A DNA stretch of 64,000 nucleotides from Anaerolineales bacterium (GCA_034430595.1 DAOUEL010000078.1:141160-205159); one strand, 5' to 3'. Shown: positions 35,324-43,722, counted from the first letter of the stretch. The notes: generated by a model from the letters alone, not told the origin. Numbers and translations are program-made.

Positions 35324-37807
35324 CTATTGCCCGAAAGACTGGTTCGGGTCACCCAGGATCGAAGCGCTCTTGCTGCAGGGGTTGTAAACCCACAGGTCCA
35401 TCTCGCCGTTCCAGTACCATGTGCTCCACGCGCTCTGTGCGTCGTTGTAGGAGGTCCACGGGTTCCCCCAGTAGTTGTTGATGGTCGGCTTCAGCACGAC
35501 CGGTACGAGCTGCGTTTCGCCCAGTCCCAGCTGGGGCAGCGGCACGTACATCGACTCGTACAGGTAGTACGCATAGTCAGCCTTCATCTTCTGTTTCGTC
35601 GATGAAATCCAGTCGTTGAAGTTCTGCGCGTGCTCGGCCGATACCACGACCGTGGTGTCAATAAAGAGCGTGCCCTTCTGCCCCGGCTGGCCGCTGCAGA
35701 AATCCGCTTCAAGCGGAACCGTGGGATCGCGCGTGACCTTGAGTATCATCGTCGGTGGCTGGTAATCCCCGAACGGATCGGGCTTGACGGGCACCCCGTC
35801 CGGTATCCAGCTTACGGAGCTGGAAAGCGCGTACTGGGCTGCTTCAAGCCCCTGCTGCAGGCCTTGCTTGAGCTGTTTTTCGGCCTCGGCCCGCCAGGCT
35901 GCTTCCGCCTCGCTGACTGCCAAATCAAAAGCCGCATCGGTCAGGAAATCCCCCGGTTTAATTGCGTCGGTGACCTCCGGGGGGATATTGAGCTGCGCTG
36001 CAGCCTGTGAAGCCAGGTACTCCAAGCCTTCGTTCATCAACTGGTCGAAATTCGGGATGCTGGGCGGGATGCCGAGCGCCATCAGGCCGGCATCGAGCAG
36101 CGTGCCCAGACAGGCTTTATTGCAGATCACGTCGGGCACGAAATTCGCCACGATGCTGACGACGGTGTCCTTGAGGTCGTTATAGGCGGTGCTGACCCAG
36201 TTCACCGCGTCGACGACAAAGTCGACCACCGCCTCGTACCAGGATTTGCTCTTCGGTTTGGGCGGGCAAAATTTATCGCCTGCTTTGTACGATGCCGGAA
36301 CGCCGCCGATTTTGACCGTGGTGTCTTTCGTGACGAGGTAGCAGCCCACATGCCCATTTTTGGGGGCGACGATGCCGTGGTAGCCGGCGATCTCAACGAT
36401 AAAAGGTTTGAGCGGCGGCGGCACCGGCGTCGGGCAACCTGGTGCGCTCGGATTCTGCTGGCATTCCTGGCCCTTCTTGATGACGTCGGCTAAGGGGTCC
36501 TCGCCGTACCACTGGATGCGCACCGGGTTGCTGGCCGAGCCTGCGGCCTGCTGGTTGTACACGGGTATGATCCGGAAGTAATAGGTGGTGATGAGCGGCG
36601 GCATGATCTTGCCAGTATCGACGAGGTTAACGAAGTTGCCAGGCTGCTGCGAGGCGCCCGTCATGATCGGCGCCCCGGGGGCCTCCGGCGTCTGCTTGGT
36701 AAAGATCGCTTTCACCCAACCCAGGAGCTGGTTGAACACCTTGCCCGCAGCCTGCCAGGCCTGCTGGAGGAAATTCTGCTTCGCCGGCTGGGATTGTGAG
36801 CCGGCTGGAGGCTCGATGGCCAGGCTCGAGACGTCGACCGTAAAGGTGCAGTTGACGCAGGTAACATCCCATTCAACGACCAATCCCGGCGGCGAGAACA
36901 GGTCGCCCTCCGTCTTGCTCGGAAACGGCATCAGGCTGGCTTGGAGTTTACCGCCCTGGATGTTTGGCAGGACCGTCTCCCACTTGAAGGTTTGATAATT
37001 GCCCTTCGGGCTGGTGGAAAACTCGATATCTGTTGTCCACACTCCTCCTGCAAAGACCTCCCCCATCTGTGCCCCTGGGATCGTCTTCCCCAGCGAGGAA
37101 GCTAGAAGCGAAGCGCCCCCGGGGAGAGCGAAGGTCGTGTGGATTGAGCTTCCCGGTGTCCAGTTGTCGATACCGCTCTCCTCGCCGGTCGGGCAGTCGG
37201 GCGAGTTCAGGTGCAGATCGAGGGCGAAGAGGTCGCCTGGCTTTGCCGGCGGCGGGTCGAAGACAAACAATCCGGATGCGCCGCCCGGCTGTACCGGCAC
37301 CCGGATCGATTCGCCCGAGGCCTGAATGTTCCTATAGATTCGCCGGAAGGTAAGCTTGACCTCCTCCGCTGGTGGATCGCAGCCGAGGATGGTAAGCGTA
37401 TTCGTACCACTATAGGGGACGACATCGACTGGCGCTTCGCTTGTTCCGGTCGCTGTCGGCGTCGGTGTGGGCGTCGCCAGACTCGAGGCCAGTGTGGCGG
37501 TAGGCGTATCCCTGCGCGGAGGTGGAGGGCTGGTCGGCGTATAGCGCGGGGGCAGCGTTGGTGTTGGGGTGGGCTGGCGGCCGATCGGCGTCGACGTCGG
37601 GATTTCACGCTGTGCCGGCCTGGCGAAGCTGACTTGACCATCCTCACTGATCACACCCGAGGCTGGCGAGCTCTCTCTAGGGGTTATGCTTCCAGCCGAG
37701 ACGGTCCCGACCGGCAAGAACGAGGTGGCGAGCACCGCGGCCAGCAGAATCAGATGTATGCCAACTAAGCGCACCCGCTGTTTCGGCCCTTTTTTTTGCT
37801 TTAACAT
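35324..37807 (-). CDS. Large secreted protein, paralog of 28010-31009 (signal peptide, Pro/Thr linker, uncharacterised core)
   Basis: ATG 37807 with GGAGGA RBS; signal peptide ending TVSA; shared blocks YYFRIIP, SNPV, NWVSTAYNDLK, LGIPPSIPNFDQL. Confidence 0.85.
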   Translation of the reverse strand: MLKQKKGPKQRVRLVGIHLILLAAVLATSFLPVGTVSAGSITPRESSPASGVISEDGQVSFARPAQREIPTSTPIGRQPTPTPTLPPRYTPTSPPPPRRDTPTATLASSLATPTPTPTATGTSEAPVDVVPYSGTNTLTILGCDPPAEEVKLTFRRIYRNIQASGESIRVPVQPGGASGLFVFDPPPAKPGDLFALDLHLNSPDCPTGEESGIDNWTPGSSIHTTFALPGGASLLASSLGKTIPGAQMGEVFAGGVWTTDIEFSTSPKGNYQTFKWETVLPNIQGGKLQASLMPFPSKTEGDLFSPPGLVVEWDVTCVNCTFTVDVSSLAIEPPAGSQSQPAKQNFLQQAWQAAGKVFNQLLGWVKAIFTKQTPEAPGAPIMTGASQQPGNFVNLVDTGKIMPPLITTYYFRIIPVYNQQAAGSASNPVRIQWYGEDPLADVIKKGQECQQNPSAPGCPTPVPPPLKPFIVEIAGYHGIVAPKNGHVGCYLVTKDTTVKIGGVPASYKAGDKFCPPKPKSKSWYEAVVDFVVDAVNWVSTAYNDLKDTVVSIVANFVPDVICNKACLGTLLDAGLMALGIPPSIPNFDQLMNEGLEYLASQAAAQLNIPPEVTDAIKPGDFLTDAAFDLAVSEAEAAWRAEAEKQLKQGLQQGLEAAQYALSSSVSWIPDGVPVKPDPFGDYQPPTMILKVTRDPTVPLEADFCSGQPGQKGTLFIDTTVVVSAEHAQNFNDWISSTKQKMKADYAYYLYESMYVPLPQLGLGETQLVPVVLKPTINNYWGNPWTSYNDAQSAWSTWYWNGEMDLWVYNPCSKSASILGDPNQSFGQ

Positions 37808-37884
37808 ATCGTCCTCCGGTGCAATCCGCACATCTATCGAGTCGGATCGGCTTGCCAAAGAATCCCGTTTTTGAATCCGTCCTG

Positions 37885-38532
37885 CTACGGCATGTGGGGA
37901 AGCGCCAGGCGGGCGATTTCCTGAGTCATGCTGAACGCCTGGTCCTGCTGATCCTCCGGGTGCCATGTGACGACCTGGAAGACCTGGTCCCCGACCCGTA
38001 CCCGCAGCAGCCCGGACATAAAGACTGCCTCGTCCCCTAGCCCGGCGACGGGGGTGGGAACCACCTCAAACATCGAAGCGCTGCTTTCGTTATCGGCCTT
38101 GAACTGGTCAGCCGTTTCATTTGTTACTTGCAGGATGATCATCTTGCCGCCAGACTGGCTGGTGAGCATACAGCTCCGGTAGGGGCCGATGCTCTCGGGC
38201 GCGGCATCCGTCGCCATAGGTTCCTCAAAGAAGCTTTCAACCTCGGCCTGGGTGAGCATTTCGCAGGGGTTGAAACCGGCCAGGATGTCATTTCCCCCGC
38301 CCGCAGGTGCTGGCGCATTGTTCTCGCTTTCCTGGGATGGTGGCAGCGCGCTTTCCGAGGCCGCAGGCGAGCTAGAGTTCTCATTGGATGGAGCCGCGGG
38401 GGCTTCTTCTTTCCCGCCGCAGGCGGAGAGCAGCGCCAGCATTAAAACCATGGCCGGGATTTGAAGCCGTAATCCGTGCCGGGAGTGGGAATCCTTCCAG
38501 AAGATAACAGGGGAATATTCGATTTTCGACAT
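37885..38532 (-). CDS. Lipoprotein, DUF3558-like
   Basis: Lipobox LSAC; NPCEMLTQAEV, SC, VAGLGDEAV pattern; ATG 38532 with AAGGAG. Confidence 0.7.
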   Translation of the reverse strand: MSKIEYSPVIFWKDSHSRHGLRLQIPAMVLMLALLSACGGKEEAPAAPSNENSSSPAASESALPPSQESENNAPAPAGGGNDILAGFNPCEMLTQAEVESFFEEPMATDAAPESIGPYRSCMLTSQSGGKMIILQVTNETADQFKADNESSASMFEVVPTPVAGLGDEAVFMSGLLRVRVGDQVFQVVTWHPEDQQDQAFSMTQEIARLALPHMP

Positions 38533-38648
38533 CGGTTGACTCCTTGTCTGTGTTTGTTTGTTTTGTTTTCTCTGTTGCAGCAGCCGACGTATGGAGGGGG
38601 CTCTGGGTGGTCGCATACGGCAGGCGTGGAAAACCAGTCCTCCCTCGA

Positions 38649-39368
38649 CTAGGGCTGCGTCACTTGAAGGTTATCGAAGCGGACTTCGCTGAAACCCAGC
38701 GAGCCTCCACCTGCGCCCAGGCCGATCTCTCCATTCGGGTAATAGGAGGCGTCGAATTCCCGTTCAAGCAGAAGCTCGCCATTCAGGTAGAGCGAAAGAT
38801 TTTTACCGATGCAGTCAGCCCGCAGATGGTTCCATCCGGGTTGGATCGTCCCTTCAGATAGCGGGTACATTCGGGCGATTTGCTCTTCACCATCGAGGTA
38901 GTCGGTGATCTCGGCCAGGCCATCGGCGCTGATCCGCAGGAAATAGAAATTGCCTTTGAGCTGGCTGCCGCGACAGATGATGTATGCGCCGGCTTCTTCG
39001 CCGGAAACGAAGCGGACGTCGACTTCGACCTGGACATCACCATAGCTCTCGCTGGATGACGCCGTGACGAGATCGTAGGCAGCCTGGTTATTGTTAATCC
39101 AGGCTCGGAACTCGCCGTCGGTGCACTCGTAGCCCTGGGTCGAGCCGGCTTGTAGCTTCCCGAAAAGGCAGTTTTGATTTGAGAAGTCATCCTGAAACGC
39201 AGCGCCGGATAACGCAGGCTGTGGAGATGGACTGCTGCACGCGGACAGGATCGAGATCGTCAATAGAAGGAGAATGACGGCAAGCTGTGGATGTGCTGGC
39301 TTGCTCCCTTCGGCGTGACCTTGTGCAAACGAATTGCTGCAGAAACGGGCCATTGTATTTGTCTCCAT
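38649..39368 (-). CDS. Lipoprotein with concanavalin A-like (DUF1080-like) beta-sandwich, paralog of 32317-32988
   Basis: Lipobox LSAC; FQDDFSN, YGDVQVEVD, GEIGLGAGG, FDNLQVTQP; alternative ATG 39353. Confidence 0.78.
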   Translation of the reverse strand: METNTMARFCSNSFAQGHAEGSKPAHPQLAVILLLLTISILSACSSPSPQPALSGAAFQDDFSNQNCLFGKLQAGSTQGYECTDGEFRAWINNNQAAYDLVTASSSESYGDVQVEVDVRFVSGEEAGAYIICRGSQLKGNFYFLRISADGLAEITDYLDGEEQIARMYPLSEGTIQPGWNHLRADCIGKNLSLYLNGELLLEREFDASYYPNGEIGLGAGGGSLGFSEVRFDNLQVTQP

Positions 39369-39379
39369 CTCTTCAGCCT

Positions 39380-39580
39380 CTAGGATTCCAGTTCAGTTCC
39401 GTCCACGTCTGGGGCTGTACCAGCGCCAGCGGAGGCATCGCCGAGATCGCGGTCAGGAACTTCATTTTCGATTCGATCAGCAAGCCTTCCCGGATCTTCT
39501 CCGGGCAGAACCTCAAACCAGCTCACCGACCATTCGGTGGTGTTGACCCGCCGGATCAGGCGGCGAAAGACACGGCGCAT
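39380..39580 (-). CDS. 66-aa small protein, first gene of the secreted-protein cluster
   Basis: GGAGG 9 nt upstream of ATG 39580; MRRVFRRLIRRVNTTEWSVSWFEVLPGEDPGRLADRIE...; stop 11 nt before the next start. Confidence 0.55.
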   Translation of the reverse strand: MRRVFRRLIRRVNTTEWSVSWFEVLPGEDPGRLADRIENEVPDRDLGDASAGAGTAPDVDGTELES

Positions 39581-39642
39581 GGGGGCATCCCTCCAGGTCG
39601 ACCTGATCTTATGACATCCCGAGAGCTGTAACTTGACATTTC

Positions 39643-39672
39643 TTGCCAAGATTGACGCCATAGCTTTATAAT
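39643..39672 (+). promoter_or_regulatory. Sigma70-like promoter for the XRE-NTPase-TPR regulator
   Basis: TTGCCA-N18-TATAAT in an AT-richer stretch about 120 bp upstream of the start. Confidence 0.5.
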
Positions 39673-39789
39673 GCAACCGGCCAGCACCCCTCTGCTGGCC
39701 TTTTAAGCAGAACACGAGCGTCTCCACGAACAGTACACCCCTTCTGCGGGGTAATCCGCCTGCGGAGCACTCGAGGAGATCGATCTTCG

Positions 39790-42630
39790 GTGGCTGGTTT
39801 GTCCCGGGTTCTTCAAGCTGAAACGTTCGGTGCCATGCTCCGACTGCTGCGCCGCCAGGCCCAGCTGACCCAGATGGAGTTCGGTATCCAGGTTGGATAC
39901 AGCGAGGCGCACATCTCGCGCCTCGAAGGCGAGCAGCGTACGCCAGACCCGGTGATCGTTGCCACACGCTTTGTACCGGCACTTCGACTCGAAGAAGAGC
40001 CTGAGACCGCCGCCCGGCTGGTCGAGCTGGCCGATCGGGCCAGTGGGGGCATACTGCAGAGCCTGCACTATGCGACCTTGTCGGCGGATAAACACGAGCA
40101 GCTGGAGGAAGTTGGTGCGCTGGAATCTGTCCCTGCGCCGCCCAGCGTGGAGGTTGAACGAACGGATGCGTATGACCGTCTGGCGTCACTCGTGAATAGC
40201 CAGGGAGCTGCCGCCTTGATCGGAATGCCAGGCATCGGAAAAACTACGCTCGGGTCCCGGATTGCACGCGAGCAGAAGGATCCGGTTTTCTGGGTCACAT
40301 TCAGCGCTGCGGTAAGCCCGACACTCGAAACGGTCATCCGGCAGCTGGCGCTCTTCTTACTGCTGGAGGGACAGGAGCAGGTCAGCTTCCTTCTCGGTTC
40401 AAGTACGCCGGCCCCCACGTACGATCAGCAGATCAACATCATCGCTTCTGCATTGGCCGAGACCCAGGCGCTGCTCTGCTTCGACGATGTCCATGAGTTA
40501 AAGGAAGAACTCGCGTGGGAGGCACTGCGGTGTTGGATGAAGGTGCAAGGATTGCACTTCCTCTTCATCAGCCGTGAGGAGCTGCCTGGTCTTGGTATTC
40601 CACAATTGCGGTTGGAAGGCCTGAACCGGCAGGAAAGCGAGGCGCTAATTCTTGCCATCGGCAGCGGCCTCGAGCCGGAGCTCGCCGGAAAAATACACGG
40701 CATCACAGCCGGAAATCCGATGCTGATTCGCCTTGCTCTGGGCCAGATGCTGACCGGCAGGCTCTCTGCCGGTCAGCATCTGGATGAGCTGGCACTTGAA
40801 CCGGCTGTCTCGGCCTACATCCTGGATGCCATCTTGAACGATCTTCACCCTGCCACCCGCCAGCTGCTGGCGTGGCTGTCGCTCTTCCGCTTCCCACTCG
40901 ATCTCTACCAGTCGGCGGTCGGGGATTGCCTGCGCGAGATCCTGCCCGAACCTGAAGCGCCGGCCCGGGCGATTGATGAAGCGCGCCGGCGCCAGTTGAT
41001 CGACCGGCCAACGCAGGCTGCCCTGCACCCGCTGATCAGCTCGCATATTCAACACCGATTAAAGACCGAGCCGGGTAACCGCCGCCAGCTGCATCTGCAC
41101 GCAGCCGAGTATCTGATGAGCGCCGGAGGCGGTGATGCAGCCGAGGCAGCCTATCACCTAGCCCAGGCCGGAGAATATGAAGAGGCCGTCGATTGGCTTA
41201 CCGATCAGGTGAGCGATCTGCGCAACCGTGGGTTAGCAGCGGACGCAGCCCAGGTTGTTGACGAGATGCTGGCTGAGCTGCCTGGGCCAGGTAGCGATGT
41301 CAGTTTGCAGCGCAGGCTGCAGACCTTGCTGGGCGACCTGCTTGTGAATACGACGCGCGCGCAGGAGGCTGAAGAGGCGTATCGCCGGGCACTGGACCTC
41401 ACTCCACGCGAACAGGTTGGGCCAGTCCACTGGTCCCAAATGGCGCTGCGCCTGGCAAACTGCCTGATGCAGCGCACCAAGGTGCAGGAATCGCTCGATC
41501 TGCTTCGAGAGGCGCTGACCGTAATGGGGGAAGGGTCGCCGCTGGTCCGGATCCAGCTTTCGGCTTCCATGGCGCGGGCCCAGCTAATGACGACACAGCT
41601 GGCTTCAGCCGAGGAGAGCGCTCGGGCTGCGCTGGCGATGGTGAAAGAGGTCGAAGCCTTCGCTCCACATGCTGCTGCGGAAGCCAGTGGAGCTGCCCAT
41701 AGCGTGCTCGGCATCATCCTGCGCATCCGGCGTGATTACACCGGCTCGATTGAGCACTGGGACCAGGCGATACGGGCAGCCCGGCGAACAGGTCAGCTAG
41801 AGATGGAATATCGTTCGATGGTCAACCTGGCCGGTACCTATTATGAGCAGGGCGATCTGGACCGTGCACTGGACATTTGTGAGAAAGCCCGGACAGGTTT
41901 GATTGCCATCGGAGACAGCTACGCGCTGGCACGGGTGCTCAACACCATGGCGCTGCTGCATCATGTGAGGGCTGAACTTGACCAGGCTCTGGAGCGCACG
42001 ATCGAAGCCCGCGATTTGAAAGCGCTCATTGGAGACCAGCAGGGATGGGCAAATAGCGAGGCGCAGCGCGCGATTATCCTGCTCAATCTCGGTCAAATCG
42101 AGCAAGGCAGGCAGGTGATCGAGAATGTTATCGAGGCCACTCGTGATACCGGTGAGCAGCGCGCTCAGGCAATCTACCTTGACACGCTCGGCATGGCACA
42201 ATCGCTGGATGGGGATGGGAAGCAGGCCGAGGTCACGCTCGAGCGTGCGCTCGCGATCTCGGGGAAACTCGAGGACAACCGACTGCGCGGGAACCTGGAA
42301 AATCACCTCGTCCAGGCTTATCTGGAACAGGGAAAACTGGCCGAGGCTGAATCGCTTGCCTTCGGGACAACTCCGGATGGCGCAGGCCCGGAAGTCGAAC
42401 TTGAACGGGAGCTCAACCGCTCGATGGTGCTGGCGGCAAAGGGTGAGACCCTGCAGGCAATCGAGGTGGCAGATTCCGCTGCTAAACAGGCAAGTGATGA
42501 GGGCTTCCAGCTGCTGGGGAGGCTGGCTGAACAGCTCGCCGTTTCCGCATCCGAGCGGCTGGACGGGGTCGAACTCCTGAGACGAGGCTGGGTGCTTCAA
42601 AGCGGAAAAACCCCCAAGCAGCGCCTTTAA
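39790..42630 (+). CDS. XRE-HTH + NB-ARC/STAND-like NTPase + TPR transcriptional regulator
   Basis: FGAMLRLLRRQAQLTQ...GYSEAHISRLE HTH; Walker A GMPGIGKTT; Walker B LCFDDVH; GNPMLIRL; long TPR-like C-terminus. Confidence 0.88.
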   Translation: MAGLSRVLQAETFGAMLRLLRRQAQLTQMEFGIQVGYSEAHISRLEGEQRTPDPVIVATRFVPALRLEEEPETAARLVELADRASGGILQSLHYATLSADKHEQLEEVGALESVPAPPSVEVERTDAYDRLASLVNSQGAAALIGMPGIGKTTLGSRIAREQKDPVFWVTFSAAVSPTLETVIRQLALFLLLEGQEQVSFLLGSSTPAPTYDQQINIIASALAETQALLCFDDVHELKEELAWEALRCWMKVQGLHFLFISREELPGLGIPQLRLEGLNRQESEALILAIGSGLEPELAGKIHGITAGNPMLIRLALGQMLTGRLSAGQHLDELALEPAVSAYILDAILNDLHPATRQLLAWLSLFRFPLDLYQSAVGDCLREILPEPEAPARAIDEARRRQLIDRPTQAALHPLISSHIQHRLKTEPGNRRQLHLHAAEYLMSAGGGDAAEAAYHLAQAGEYEEAVDWLTDQVSDLRNRGLAADAAQVVDEMLAELPGPGSDVSLQRRLQTLLGDLLVNTTRAQEAEEAYRRALDLTPREQVGPVHWSQMALRLANCLMQRTKVQESLDLLREALTVMGEGSPLVRIQLSASMARAQLMTTQLASAEESARAALAMVKEVEAFAPHAAAEASGAAHSVLGIILRIRRDYTGSIEHWDQAIRAARRTGQLEMEYRSMVNLAGTYYEQGDLDRALDICEKARTGLIAIGDSYALARVLNTMALLHHVRAELDQALERTIEARDLKALIGDQQGWANSEAQRAIILLNLGQIEQGRQVIENVIEATRDTGEQRAQAIYLDTLGMAQSLDGDGKQAEVTLERALAISGKLEDNRLRGNLENHLVQAYLEQGKLAEAESLAFGTTPDGAGPEVELERELNRSMVLAAKGETLQAIEVADSAAKQASDEGFQLLGRLAEQLAVSASERLDGVELLRRGWVLQSGKTPKQRL

Positions 42631-42677
42631 TAGAGTCGGTTCCTCTGCATGGTGTGCTTATCAGGCGAGCGCCTGGT

Positions 42678-43298
42678 TTACATTCTAGGTCGCATCCAGA
42701 GGCGTGGGATCAGTCGTGGAACCTGCTTGCGGTATTCGATATAGGCTGGGCCGAACTCGCGCACGAGCCGGCGCTCCTCGAACACGCTCCCGAGGTACAG
42801 ATAGACGGATATTCCAAGGTTCAGCGCGAGTACACTGGTCGTCATGACCGGCGTGAGCCAGATGAAGAGCAGGCCTGCGCTGTAAAGCGGGTGGCGGACG
42901 TAGCGGTAGATTCCACCTGTCGTCAGCTCCGCCGCGGGAGCCAGAGCATTTTGGGTCAGCTGCCTAAGCCCGAGAAAATGCCAGGGATCGGTCTGGCGCA
43001 AACCGGCCAGCAGCAAAGCCACAGCCAGGGCTTGTCCCAGGGTCGAAAGGAGCGTCCAGGGCAACGGGATGGTATATAGATGCATCCCGGGGTAAGCAGC
43101 CGTGATGGCCAACACGGGTAAAAAGCTCAATCCCCCGACGATGTTGTAGAACAAACGGTAGAGGCGAGCAGCGCCTGATCCAAGGGCAACCTCTGCAAGC
43201 CGCTTGGCCCGGTTCGTCGCCAGCAGGCTGTGCAAAACACCGTATAGCATAACGGCAAGCAGGGTGAGGATCGGACCGGCTATCATCTCAGTCTCCAT
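42678..43298 (-). CDS. Isoprenylcysteine carboxyl methyltransferase/MddA-like membrane methyltransferase
   Basis: HFLGLRQL, GGIYRYVRHPLY, GSVFEERRL. Confidence 0.75.
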   Translation of the reverse strand: METEMIAGPILTLLAVMLYGVLHSLLATNRAKRLAEVALGSGAARLYRLFYNIVGGLSFLPVLAITAAYPGMHLYTIPLPWTLLSTLGQALAVALLLAGLRQTDPWHFLGLRQLTQNALAPAAELTTGGIYRYVRHPLYSAGLLFIWLTPVMTTSVLALNLGISVYLYLGSVFEERRLVREFGPAYIEYRKQVPRLIPRLWMRPRM

Positions 43299-43311
43299 GC
43301 TTCAACGTCAA

Positions 43312-43342
43312 CACGAGGTGGCCATCAATTGGCCACCTCGTG
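43312..43342. terminator. 13-bp perfect stem-loop between the DUF2892 and methyltransferase genes
   Basis: CACGAGGTGGCCA-TCAAT-TGGCCACCTCGTG; no clear U-tract, so it may stabilise rather than terminate. Confidence 0.55.
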
Positions 43343-43374
43343 AAGGAGCTTCCGCCCCGGGGTGAAATGTGATT

Positions 43375-43608
43375 TTATTCTTCGATCTTCGCTCGTAACT
43401 CTGCCCCTCGAAACGGTGTCCGCAGGAAAAGCGCGCCGATGACGCAGACATCGAAGACTCCCGCCAGAAACGGAACCGCGCCGACAACGGCCAGGACGAT
43501 GCCCCAAACTCCCTGGACGAGGAAGATGCCGATTGCGATCAGCGCCGCGCCGGCGATGATGCGAATCCAGCGGCCTAAATTGCTTGACATGAATCTTGCA
43601 AATCCCAT
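43375..43608 (-). CDS. DUF2892 (YgaP-like) small membrane protein
   Basis: GRWIRIIAG...G...GVFDVC pattern; ATG 43608 with GGAGG. Confidence 0.8.
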   Translation of the reverse strand: MGFARFMSSNLGRWIRIIAGAALIAIGIFLVQGVWGIVLAVVGAVPFLAGVFDVCVIGALFLRTPFRGAELRAKIEE

Positions 43609-43722
43609 TTTTGCCTCCATAGCATGTGCACAATCCCTGTGCATTACATTGGATGCGAGCGCCATGCGAATCGTTACATACCCATCCGGTCCCTGCCTGC
43701 TCGATAAGGCTCGGCCCTGGTG

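Noticed and set aside
39581-40189. Upstream 203 codons of the 269-aa minus-strand ORF 39380-40189
   Set aside because: They overlap the XRE regulator antisense and its promoter; only the last 66 codons have their own RBS and were kept.
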